This document shows, piece by piece, positions 26,631 to 38,770 of a stretch of DNA of 64,000 nt. Origin of the DNA: Octopus sinensis (lineage: Eukaryota); NCBI RefSeq assembly GCF_006345805.1, contig NC_043002.1, forward strand, positions 59,024,001-59,088,000, written 5' to 3'. Each line of letters opens with the position of its first letter. Positions within the stretch are counted from its first letter, which is position 1. Under the pieces are notes generated by a model, which was not told the origin of the DNA, did no database searches, and worked only from the letters and a program-made list of their open reading frames with translations. The translations under genes were made by a program, and so were the position numbers.

Positions 26631-27632
26631 TATATTCTTAACCTAACCATACCCACTAATGCCCACAACAGTTAACTTTGTTGGTCATTCTCCCATTTCA
26701 TAGTTAGCCTCAACAGACGTCAACCACACCCCTCTTGTATTCTTGGGATCCTTTGTTTGTAAAATTACGTTTCATCTGATGATTGCAGTTTTTTGTAATG
26801 AAGTAATGTTCTCGTTCTTCTATTAAAAAATGTGCAAGAAACAGCAATAATGAGTTGACAATTATCCATCGTCTGTTATTATTTGTTTGATTATAATACA
26901 CCAAGGAGATTTATGACTTGTTGGACACCCTAGAGTATACAGACAATGTGCAATTCAATGTAACGCGTGCTTTGGACCAGCCCCTAGGTGCTAAGTACTC
27001 AGAGGGTGGGTTTTCTGTGTGCACAACTGGAATATCCTATTCGATAGTTATCGACCATAGGCCAGAATCACAGGTTTATCCAACCCTACCTGGTGCATAT
27101 CTTTTCAAGTACCTGATTCTATCTGAATCCCTATTTTACTATATATATATATAAATGTATGTATTTGTCCCCCACCATTGCTTGCAATGATGGTGGTGGG
27201 GGACAAACACACAAACATATATATATATATATATATATATATACACTCATACTGGTGTGTTTATATCCCTGTAACTTAGCGGTTTGGCAAAAGAGACCGA
27301 TAGAATAAGTATTAGACTTACAAAGAATAAGGCAGTGCTCCAGCATGGCCATGGTCAAATGACTGAAATAAGTGAAAGAATAAAAGAATATACTGAGTAT
27401 AGAAAATATTCTAATATTAGGGACCATAAGCCCCATAACAGAAAAAAATGGTCATTAGTATGTGCATAGGAATTGAACCCACACTGCTTATTCTCGCAAT
27501 AAGTGTGTTGATTAACTACACCAACATATAAATTTAGGAACTGTGATTTCAGAGGTGTGTAAACATTGTATTCTGTGGAAGTGAAGAAATGATGATGAGT
27601 GAAAATTTTGTAAATATACTTATAGGTAAAAA

Positions 27633-27920
27633 ATGTGTGGTTAGGATATTTAGCTCATGATCATAAGGTTGTTAGTTCAATTCCTGGTGGCATTGAATCC
27701 TTGAGCAAGACAATTTATTTCACGTCATTGCAGTTCACTCAGTTGGCCAAAATGAGTAGTACCTGTAGTTCAAATGGCCAGCCTTGTCACATTTTGTCTT
27801 GCTTAATCTTCCTGAGAACTACATTCAGGGTTTGTGCTTCTGTAGAGGGCTCAGCCATTTGCATGTTCATTTCACAAACAGGCTGTTTTGTTGATTGGTT
27901 GGACTGAAACCCTTGTTGTC
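27633..27920 (+). mobile_element. tRNA-headed SINE family E (second copy 39405-39715)
   Basis: gttcaattcc head, ccttgagcaagaca..ttatt..cactcag..ggc.aaaatgagt body shared with the 39.4-kb copy. Confidence 0.8.
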
Positions 27921-28343
27921 AGTCCATCTAATGGGGTGTCGATATGGTGAGCTAATGTCCGGTACAAGACTACAGCACAGGCTAAAATTGTGCTTCAAGA
28001 ACTGAGTGAAAGATTCTCTCAACTCTATGCAAACTTGAAACAACTTCCTGGGCATCTTTAGTGCTTGACAGAAGTAATGGCACTCAAAAATAAAGAATGG
28101 CATCAGGAAGTTTCAGGAATCTTCATTAGAATTGGCTGATGTAAAGTGAGCTGGCAGGAAAAGAGAACTTAGCGGTTCAGCAAAAGAGATTGATAGAATA
28201 AGTACCAGGCTTACAAAGAGTAAGTCCTGGAGTCGATTTGCTCGATTAAAGGTAGTGCTCCAGCGTGGCCACAGTCAAATGACAGAATGAAGTAAAAGAA
28301 TACATATATATTATATAGATGTGTATACATACATATATTGATA

Positions 28344-28384
<41 letters not shown>

Positions 28385-28799
28385 TGTACAAAGAAATAAA
28401 CTAAGCTGACTCAACTTGTTTTTGTTGGTGGTTTTGGTGTTTGTTTCTGTAACTATTCAAAAGAAATCATAAAAATCAAGCTTTTAGAAGAATTGCTAAC
28501 AGTGATTTACATGAGGCTCTCTGGAAATATTCTCAGTTCATCAAGGAGAACTAATTGTAATGTGTTAGTATTGTTGGAATTAAATACTGTGGCTTTTGTG
28601 TGCTTAGCTTCTAGTTTCATAAATTCACTCACATAACCACACACACACTCAGAGTTTGATAGAGAGAGAGAGAGAGATGAGGTGAGTGCAAAGAGATATA
28701 AAATAAGAAGCAAAAGCTGGTTTGGCAACTTATGTATTACTATTGAAAATATTGAGAACTTTTATCAAACAACAAATACATAAAATGAATAAAGGATAA

Positions 28800-28942
28800 A
28801 AAATATAATTATTTACATTTGAAAAATATTTGTCCTTATCTTGTTTACTGTTAACATGTTTCGGCTGATATAACCTCCAGCCTTCATCAGGTGTTTTGGG
28901 GAAATTTCGAACCTGGGTTCTCATTCCTAAGGTATTTTTCAA

Positions 28943-28945
<3 letters not shown>
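28800..28945 (-). mobile_element. Short element carrying a hammerhead-like motif, next to (TAA)n
   Basis: Homologous to 51420-51560; minus strand acac-CTGATGA-aggctg..cagcc-GAAAC. Confidence 0.8.
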
Positions 28946-28991
<46 letters not shown>

Positions 28992-29084
28992 GTAGAAGAC
29001 ACTTGCCCAATGTGCCATGCAGTGGGACTGAACGTGGAAACATGTGGTTGGTAAGCAAGCGTCTTACCATACAGCCACTCCTAT

Positions 29085-29113
29085 ATCTATCTATCTATCT
29101 ATCTATATACCCG

Positions 29114-29197
<84 letters not shown>

Positions 29198-29275
29198 CCC
29201 GTCTATCTATCTATCTATCTATCCATCCATCTATCTATCTGTCTGTCTGTCTATCTGTCTGTCTACTGAAGGCCA
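29085..29275. repeat. (TCTA)n/(TCTG)n microsatellite
   Basis: Directly visible. Confidence 0.95.
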
Positions 29276-30255
29276 ATCTCAAAACGCTGAACCTTATGAA
29301 GGAGATAACAGAGGACTGAGATATGCGGTACATTACTGTATTCAGGAAGACCCACCCAACACAACAGAATTGGAATCCTAAAACCAAGGGGCCATATGAA
29401 AAGCATTGGTGATGGTGCCACGTAAAAAGCATCCAGTGCCCTCTGCAAAGTGGTTGATGTTAGGAAGGGCATCGAGATGTGGAACACATAATAAAACAGA
29501 CAATGGAACCTGGTGCGACTCCTGGCCTTACCAGCTCTTGTCAAACCGTCCAGTCCATGACAGCATGGAAAATGGACTTTAAATGATGATGGTGGTGTTG
29601 TTGTTGATGATAATGATATTGATGATACTAATTGGTTTGAATTTATGTGCAAGGCCAGGAATTTTGAGGGTTGGGGTGAGTTGATTGCATCGACTCTACC
29701 CCACCTCCCAGTGCTTGAGAACAGTGTTTTGCAACACGAGATTTCTTCTAATTGATTTCCTTGTGCATCATCTCCCTACCAGCACTCAACAGATGCTAGA
29801 TCAGATTATATACTAAGAATCTGTGAGTTTGTTGACTGCTCATGATGCCAGACAACTTGTGATATTCGAGTTCCTCTGACACCGAGCCAGACAATGTCAA
29901 ATGCAACATGAGATGTTGCATCTAGTATTAATTGCATACTGATTAGACAATGGAAAATTCTAAAACAAATAATAATCATTCTTTTTATTTATGTACAAGG
30001 CCAAAAAATTTGAGGGGAGGGGTTTTAGTCAATAATATTGACGCTAGTGCTTGACTGGTAGTTTATATTATCACCTGTTTCCAAACAAGACAGTATTTTT
30101 CTTTGTCCTTTGAACAGCATAGGTGTAGGAGTGGCTATGTGGTAAGTAGCTTGTTTACGAACCACATGGTTCTGCATTCAGTCTCACTGCATGGCACTTT
30201 GGGCAAGTGTCTTCTACTATAGCCTTAGGCCGAACAAAGCCTTGTGAGTGGATTT

Positions 30256-30955
30256 CATCATCATCATCATCGTCATCATCATTTAGCGTCCGTTTTCCAT
30301 GCTAGCATGGGTTGGACGGTTCAACTGGGGTCTGGGGAGCCCGAAGGCTGCACCAGGCCAGTCAGATCTGGCAGTGTTTCTACAGCTGGATGCCCTTCCT
30401 AACGCCAACCACTCCGAGAGTGTAGTGGGTGATTTTATGTGCCACCGACACAGGTGCCAGACGAGGCTGGCGAACGGCCACGCTCAGATGGTGTTTTTAT
30501 GTGCCACCGACACAGTGCCAGACGAGGCTGGCAGACGGCCACGCTCGGATGTGTTTTTATGTGCCACCGACACAGGTGCCAGACGAGGCTGGCAGACGCC
30601 ACGCTCGGATGGTTTTTTATTGTGCCACCGACACAGGTGCCAGACGAGGCTGGCAGACGGCCACGCTCGGATGGTGTTTTTATGTGCCACCGACACAGGT
30701 GCCAGACGAGGCTGGCAGACGGCCACGCTCGGATGGTGTTTTTATGTGCCACCGACACAGGTGCCAGACGAGGCTGGCAGACGGCCACGCTCGGATGGTG
30801 TTTTTATGTGCCACCGACACAGGTGCCAGACGAGGCTGGCAGACGGCCACGCTCGGATGGTGTTTTTATGTGCCACCGACACAGGTGCCAGATGAGGCTG
30901 GCGGACGGCCACGATCGGATGGTGTTTGTTACGTCCCCAAAGCACGGAGGCCAGT
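30256..30955 (-). mobile_element. RTE 3' UTR insertion with an expanded VNTR
   Basis: (CAT)n, ccatgctagcatgg, gatgcccttcctaacgcc, then the tandem array. Confidence 0.9.
30437..30925. repeat. 62-bp minisatellite, about 8 near-identical units
   Basis: Unit atgtgccaccgacacaggtgccagacgaggctggcagacggccacgctcggatggtgttttt. Confidence 0.95.
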
Positions 30956-31237
30956 GTAGACAGAAACTGAAAGAAGCCCGTTGTATATATGTATGAATAT
31001 ATGTATGTGTGTGTGTATACATTTGTGTGTCTGTGTTTGTCCCCCACAATCGCTTGACAACTGATGCTGGTGTGTCTATGTCCCCGTAACTTAGCAGTTC
31101 GGCAAAAGAGACAAATAGAATAAGTACTAGGCTTACAAAGAATAAGTCCTGGGGTCGATTTCATCAACTAAAGGCGGTGGTCCAGCATGGCCACGGTCAA
31201 ATGACTGAAACAAGTAAAGGCGTAAAAAAGAGAGTAT

Positions 31238-31700
31238 CATCATCATCATCATCGTTTAATGTCCGTTTTCCATGCTGGCATGGGTTAGATGGTTTGACTG
31301 AGGTCTGGGGAGCCAGTGGCTGCACCAGGCTCCAATCTGATTTGACAATATTTCTACAGCTTGCTGCCCTTCCTAATGCCAACAACTCCAAGAGTGTAGT
31401 GGGTGCTTTTTATATGCTACTGGCACAGGAACCAGTCAGGCAGGCTTGGCACCGATCATGTTTGGATAGTGCTTTTTACGTGTCACCGGCATGGGGCCAA
31501 TCAGGGATACTGGCATCGGCCACGTTCAGATGGTGCTTTTTATGTGCCACTGGCATGGGAACCAGTCAGGCGGACCTGGGATCGACCACATTTGGATGGT
31601 TCTTTTTACGTACCACTGGCATGGGAGCCAGTCAGGGGGCACTGGCCACAGCTACAATATTGGTTTTACTTGACTCAACAGGTTTTCTCAAGCATATTAC
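31238..31700 (-). mobile_element. Older RTE 3' UTR fragment with about 4 diverged VNTR units
   Basis: Same tail; degenerate ggtgctttttatgtgccac units. Confidence 0.8.
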
Positions 31701-32411
31701 ATCGCACAACAAAAGAGAACATGATAATTTGTAACATTTTCATCTGTACGCTTTATCAAACTAAATATTTTCTAAAATAAAATAAATAAAATGAGAGGTA
31801 AGAAGCAAAGTTTGGCTGTGCACAAGAAGGGAGAGGCAGCTGAAAGAGCCTCTTTGCTGGCTTTGGTGTAAGAGAAAAGAGTTAAGTTGGAAGCTGGGAG
31901 GAGTTGAGGAGCAGACACTTGGCTACCTTTACTGACCCACCAACGGGAGGGTGTTACGGTTCAGGGTCGAAACACCTGATGAATGATGGATACCATCTGA
32001 CGACATCAGTTCCTCCTGGCCAAGGCTTCATTCACTATGTGAATGGATAAAGCACCTCCTTACAGTTGTTAACATGTATGTATGTATGTATGTATGTATG
32101 TATGTATGTATGTATGTATGTATCTATCTATCTATCTATCTATCTATGCATGCAAGCATATATATGTGTGTGTGTGTGCGTGTAACCTGGTGCAGCCACT
32201 GGATCTCCAGACCTCAGTAACCGTCCAACCCATGCCAGCATGGAAAACAGGCGTTAAACAATGATGATAATGATATATATGTATGTATATATATATGTAT
32301 GCATGTATGTATGTATGTATGTATGTATGTATGTATGTATGTATATATATATATGTGTGTATGTATATATGTGTGTGCATGTGTGTGTATATATTATGTA
32401 TATATATATTA

Positions 32412-32447
<36 letters not shown>

Positions 32448-32495
32448 CATACACATATATATATGTATATGTATCTATATGTGTGTATATATATA

Positions 32496-32881
32496 TCTAT
32501 ATATATAAAGCTGAAGTTGTCTGTGTATGGCAGGTTTGGTAGCCTTCAATTAACACTATCTCCTCCGAGACCCTGCGGCGCAAGTTGACCAAAATTGAGA
32601 GTATGATAGAAGGCTTGCTCTTCCTTCCATAGAAGAAAAAATTCAAATCAGACCATGTTAACACCAAAGATTATTTACATCAAAAAGGTGCTTTTTTCTA
32701 TGAAAATCCCTATTTTTTACGATTTTTTGACTGCTGTGTCTCCATTTTTCGGTGTATTTCAACCAGAAAAATGTTCACTCAAAGAGGATAACAGGCTACA
32801 TAATGCAAAATTTTTACTTTTTGAGAATTCCAATTCTAAAGGGTCGAAACAAACCCGAGCAACGCTGGGCGATACTGCTAG
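32496..32881 (+). mobile_element. Non-autonomous Helitron
   Basis: 5' A|TCtatatatataaag; 3' cccgagcaacgctgggcgatactgCTAG|T; shares termini with 21395-21791 but has a different interior. Confidence 0.9.
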
Positions 32882-33374
32882 TATATATATACAGATATAT
32901 GTGTGTGTGTGTGTGTGTATAATATCATGATTATTTGTTTTCTATTTTTTTTTTTATTGTTCTATACTGCTAGTCTGGTCACTGACATTCAACTTGAGTA
33001 ACCAGGTTACAGATTATGATAAAAGACTTTCATAACTTAATGATGTATAATGCTATTATTATTATGAAATAATAAAAAACAACAAGCGTATATAATGATA
33101 TACACACACACACACACACACATGCATATTTATATGTATATTGATGGGTAACCTAAGTCTTCCATGGTACAAACACTTGATTTCACATCAGATCACTTGT
33201 CAAACAAGTTCAACACAGAATATGTAATTATATTTACTATATATATGTATAATTATATACGATATATACATATATATATAATTTATACAATAACTTGTGA
33301 GAGGAATCCGGTAGACAAAAGACTGTAGTATATTGTGTGTGTATATGCATGTGTATTCTGTGAATGTTGTGTGC

Positions 33375-33379
<5 letters not shown>

Positions 33380-33412
<33 letters not shown>

Positions 33413-33454
33413 CCCACAACTCCACTTTGTTATATATACATACATACATATACA

Positions 33455-33490
<36 letters not shown>

Positions 33491-33877
33491 CATACATACA
33501 TATATATATATATGTACATATATATATATATGTACATATATATATATATGTACATATATATATATATATGTACATATATATAATCTGTACATATATATCT
33601 ATATGTACATATATATATATATATGTACATATATATATAGATATGTACATATATATATATATATATGTACATATATATATATATATATGTACCATATATA
33701 TATATATATATATGTAATATATATATATTTGTACTATATATATATATATTTGTACATATATATATATAATATGTACATATATATATATTATATGTACATA
33801 TATATATATATATATGTACATATATATATATTATATATGTACATATATATATATATTATGTACATATATATGTAATA

Positions 33878-33908
<31 letters not shown>

Positions 33909-33910
33909 GT
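33380..33910. repeat. ((TA)nTGTACA)n compound microsatellite
   Basis: Directly visible. Confidence 0.95.
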
Positions 33911-34452
33911 ATAGGCGCAGTCGTGGCTATGTGGTAAGAAACTTGCTTTCCAATCACATGGTTCTGGGTTCAGTCCCACTGTGTGGCACCTTGAGCAAGT
34001 GTCTTTTACTATAGCCTCGGGCCAACCAAAGCCTTGTGTGTGGATTTGGTAGATGGAAATTAAAAGAAGCCTGTCGTGTGTGTGTATATATCTGTGTTTA
34101 TATATATATATAGTAGTAATTTATAGTCACAGTCAGTTGAACAGTCATGCTACCAGAACCAAAGGACATTATCACGTGTTTCTTGCAGGAAAAAGGAAAG
34201 TAAACTGAATGTTAATTTTAATTATAATTTAATTTTTTTAATAGTTCTTTTCTCTTTGCATATTCCATTTTAGTATATATTTTTGATAAGGTTTTTCAAA
34301 AACCGAAACATGTAAAAGGAAAATTAAAATGTACTCAATTTTAAGAAAGTAGTATTTTCGTTCTTGTTTTTCATAAATATCTACTTACTTGTGTGTTACC
34401 TCTACAAATCTTTTCAAATACACACACACACACACACACACACACATATGAT

Positions 34453-35512
34453 GCAAATGATCTTATGGTCTGCAATATTAACTTCAGAAAACCTGCCAGT
34501 CACCTAGTCACCTACTGCTCTGGCAGACACACTAGTCAAATTGACTACATCCTCACCAGAAAAAAAAGAAAGATGGCTACTTATAAATGCCAAAAGCTTC
34601 CCAGGCGAAGAATGTACCCCACAACATAGACTGGTAGTTAGTGACTTCAGGATAAGGGCTAAATGGATGCCCAGAAGATGACCAGCAAGGAGAAGAAGGG
34701 TCTGGAGACTTAAAGATTTTGCAAATGGATAGAGATTTAGAGACATATTACTCAAAGCCTTTGACGAAATAGAAGGGGATATAGCTTCACATGGTGTAGA
34801 AGACAACTGGAGGCTTCTACGGGACAACCTGCTAAGGGCCACTGACCAGATCTGTGGATGGTGCAAAGTTCCCTCTTGACCCAAAATAACGTGGTGGTGG
34901 AACAATGTTATTGACAGGGCTATTAGAGAAAAGAAACAGGCTTGGAAGGACTGGAAGAAGGGTGGTAGCAGGGAATTGTATCAGACTGCCAGAAGGGAAG
35001 CTAGGGGGCAAGTTTATTTAACCAGAGGGGAAGCAGATAAGAAAAAAATTGCCAATGTTCTGCACCATGAGGACCAAAGATTTGAGGTATTTCGTGTTGC
35101 AAGACAGTGTGTGAGAGAAAATCGTGATGTTGTAGGAGAGAAATATGTTCGCATGGATGATGGCTCACTTGCGCTAAATGAGGCTGCCAGTGGCACATAA
35201 AAAGCACCATCCGAATGCATCCGATGCCAGCCCCCTTGTCCTGATTGGCTCCTGTATCAGTGGCACATAAAAAGCACCATCCAAACATGGCTGATGCCAG
35301 CCACACCACTCAGACTGGCTCCTGTATCAGTAACATGTAAAAAGCACCATCCAAACGTGGCCAATGCTCCCATGTAAAATGCATCCACTACACTTTTGGA
35401 GTGGTTGGCATTAGGAAGAGCATCCAGCTGTAGAAACATTGCTACACCCCAGTCAAACCGTCCAACCCATGCCAGCATGGAAAACAGACATCAAACGATG
35501 ATGATGATGATG
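34453..35512 (+). mobile_element. RTE LINE derivative: endonuclease C-terminus/linker fused to 3' UTR
   Basis: NFRKPASHLVTYCSGRHTSQIDYIL, YQTARREAR, VRMDDGSLALNEA, then VNTR units, tail and (GAT)n. Confidence 0.85.
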
Positions 35513-35865
35513 GTGATATATACAGACAGACAGGTAGATAGTTGTGTGCATGAGTGTGAAAATATCTCTTTTACTAAGCATGTTGAATGTAACCCTGTAG
35601 TTGTGTTGGTGTGAAGTATTAGGAAAATAACAAAAATAGCTTTTATTAAATCTCTTCATGTCGACTTAAGGTCCACAAAAATTCAAGATGAAAATAACAA
35701 CTACATCAGCAGCAGCAGCAACAACAGCAACAATTATGGGTGTGACAGTAATGTTAACACATTGAAAACTACTAGTTTATTATACAAGTAGTTTCTTGAG
35801 TTTAAAGAGATTTTTGCTTCATTAAATTTTCTCAAATGCTCTAATGACTCTACACACTCACAGCC

Positions 35866-35908
<43 letters not shown>

Positions 35909-36169
35909 TGATGATGAATAATGATAATAATAATAATAATAATTGACCTGCAACGTCATGTGCTGTTTATTTTGATATGAGGTCACCATGTCATGCACAT
36001 ATGGTTGTGCTGAATAAGCCTGGTGCACCCTTATCAAACAAGTGGGCAGTCATGATGGGTGTGTTGGGCTTCGTATATTTGTACCTCAATGTCACTTTGA
36101 TAATATTTGCTGCCCTCTCAACTAATAACAACAGCAGCAACAACAACAATTATAATAATAATGATAATA

Positions 36170-36378
36170 ATAATCTTTTCTACGCTAGGCACAAGGCCTA
36201 AAAGTTTTGGGGAAGTGGGGCCAGTCGATTAGATCAACTCCAGTGTTCAACTGGTACTTAATTTATCAACCCTGAAAGGATGAAAGGCAAAGTCGACCTC
36301 AATGGAATTTGAACTCAGAACACAAAGACAGACAAAATACCACTAAGCATTTCACCTGGCGTGCTAACGTTTCTGCCA
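36170..36378 (-). mobile_element. SINE family B
   Basis: Reverse complement of the B consensus. Confidence 0.85.
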
Positions 36379-36414
36379 ATTCGCCTCCTAATGATAATGA
36401 TGATAATAATCATC

Positions 36415-36770
36415 ATCATCATTGTCGTCGTCATTTAATGTCCGCTTTCATGTTAGCATGGGTTAGATGGCAAAATTTCTTCAGCTGGATACCCTTCCTA
36501 ACACCAACCACTCCATGAGTGTAGTGGGTGCTTTTATGTGTCACCAGCACGAGGGCCAGTCAGGCGGTACAGGCAACGGTCACTCACAAATGGTGTTTTT
36601 ATGTGCCACTTGCACAGGAGCCAGTCTGGCAGCACTGGCAATGACTATGCTCAGATGTTTTTCAGGTGCCAGTAATGTGATGCTGGCAACGATCACACTT
36701 GAATGGTGCTTTTTATGTGCTACTGGCATGAGAGCCAGTCAGAGGCCCTGGCAACAATCATGCTCTGCAA
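36415..36770 (-). mobile_element. RTE 3' UTR fragment
   Basis: Tail and VNTR units. Confidence 0.78.
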
Positions 36771-36860
36771 GGAACATATATATTTTCCCTGCGAGGGTAC
36801 CTGTTAAAACTTTCCATCGGCGGTTAAGACAAGTAATGGGTTGGTTTTCTTTAATTTTTT

Positions 36861-37455
36861 TTCTAGTACTTTCTAGGTTTACTTAAACTTTGAGATGGTT
36901 ATGTTTATAGACATTATATTCTTAAATATGATGAAGGGTTTATAGACAGAATACTACATGACTTCTTAAAACTGTAAGATGTTGTCTATAAACTTTGATA
37001 TCCTAGCTATGATAGTCCCAACTTGCTCAAGATACTCTTTAAAATTTCATAAATTTCCATATCTTATCTATGCTAGGTCCTCCCCACAAAATCTATACAT
37101 AAATTCGCCAACATGGAATTTTAGTGAGCTTGCCTGCCCCCCTCTTTGTGTCCTTTTTCTCTCTCTCTCTCTCCTCTTCCAATGGGTTCTCAGTGCTGCT
37201 GAAATCATTCAAACAATGACATGGTCACTTAACAGGTCCCCCCCCCCCCAAAAAAAAAACAAGTAAGCTATTTCTAGTACTACCTAAACTTTGAAATGGT
37301 TATGTTTTATAGACATTATAATCTTAAATATAATGAAGGGTTTATAAATAGAATACTATATGGTTTCTTAAAACTGTAAGACGTTGTTTAAAAATGTCAA
37401 TATCTTAGCTATGATAGTTAGTCCCAACTTGCCAAAGATACTCTTAAAATTCTCA
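36861..37455. repeat. Diverged direct repeat pair of about 185 bp (36861-37048, 37271-37455)
   Basis: taaactttga.atggttatg...tgaagggtttata...cttaaaactgtaaga...gtcccaacttgc..aagatactctt present twice. Confidence 0.85.
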
Positions 37456-37749
37456 CCCACCTGATCTAAAGTGACTGCCAGCTATGTCATGTAGCAGTCC
37501 AATCAAACAGCCTCTGTTAATAGTCACAGATCTGCTCCTCCCTTTAACACCTCAACGTCAGCAGCAGTCATGAGTCTGCCATCATTTGTTGTCTAAAGAA
37601 ATCAGGGGAGACAATATTAGGACCCCTCGGCCTTATAGCAATAATTGTGAAAATATTGTAGTGAACTAGTAAGATAGGGATTATAGTAGTAATACTGAAA
37701 TTATAATAGTGAACAATAGTTACCCAGAATGATTAACAAGTGGTGTTGT

Positions 37750-38260
37750 GAAACCATCCAGTGAGTCATCGGTGACTAAACAGGCAATCCTACTAAGCCT
37801 GCTTGGTGAGGAGGGTGGATTTTTTGACACCCTGCAGAATTAAAAACAAAACCTGGCAAAGGGCAGAAGAACTTAAATGAGTTAATAGCCATTCCAAAAA
37901 TGGGTAGACAGAACTCGTGAGCCTTGGTTGGCAGTCTGTCTAGGAGAAGGAATACTCTGATTTTAAAACTGGACTACATAGGTCTCCTTAGTCAGAATGG
38001 TCAAGCCCGATTTCTTTGCGAAACCAACAGTAGTTTGGGGAAGGGCGAGTATCGGGTGCTTCCAAATAGCCAGTGCTCCGAGTAGGCTGTACTCATTAGC
38101 CTTGTGTAGCAGGCAGCTTGGGAGAAGGAACACTCCAAGCCCAAACCCAAGGGAGCAAAGACCCAGCTGCCTTTGCGGACCCTCTTGATAGAGATGGTGT
38201 CTCAATAAAAATACTGGTTGGTAGTAACCTAAAAATACACTTCATTTGTGAGTGAAAATG
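37750..38260 (+). mobile_element. Possible RTE-type 5' region remnant
   Basis: gtctaggagaaggaatactctgattttaaaac resembles leaders seen upstream of RTE ORFs (recalled resemblance only). Confidence 0.35.
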
Positions 38261-38548
38261 CCAAGAAAAATAAATGACGATAACAGTGTGAACGTGACTA
38301 GAACCAATGGTAAAGGTGCCACACCCAGCAGGGTGAGCCCAGTCCTAATCTACCAACTGCTAGCCATACTACCAGACACAGTCCTTGTATGGGTCAAATT
38401 ATGCAATGTGCTTGAAAACACAAGTGGTCTGTTGATATGAAGCAAATGGCGATGCAGTGCCATGAACACGCCTTGCTAGATAAGAACAATGGCAAATTAT
38501 TATTATTATTATTATTTTTATCAGTGGGAACACATACTTCTATTAGTC

Positions 38549-38770
<222 letters not shown>

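Larger units (their letters stand above)
24861..26892. repeat. Foldback (palindromic) element of about 770 bp, interrupted by a mariner
   Basis: 24861-25230 is the reverse complement of 25240-25364 + 26631-26892 (e.g. ggtcagcgaccc / gggtcgctgacc; aataataacagacgatggataatt / aattatccatcgtctgttattatt). Confidence 0.9.
30119..31230 (+). mobile_element. SINE family A split by an RTE-tail insertion (30119-30255 and 30956-31230)
   Basis: The consensus gtgagtggattt|gtagac..aaactg is interrupted at this point. Confidence 0.85.

Noticed and set aside
27955-28140. Protein-like stretch VRYKTTAQAKIVLQELSERFSQLYANLK...
   Set aside because: It contains an in-frame stop, has no splice signals and has no recognisable family.
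30437-30925. Regular 62-bp array resembling a CRISPR array or a repeat-protein gene
   Set aside because: There are no unique spacers, the unit length is not a multiple of 3, and the unit is part of the RTE 3' UTR seen elsewhere in the window.
31969-31982. GAAAC directly followed by CTGATGA
   Set aside because: There is no room for stem III, a cleavage site and stem I between the motifs.
37750-37850. Possible HDV-like ribozyme at a putative RTE 5' end
   Set aside because: I could not draw the nested double pseudoknot by eye; it would need an RNArobo or Infernal search.
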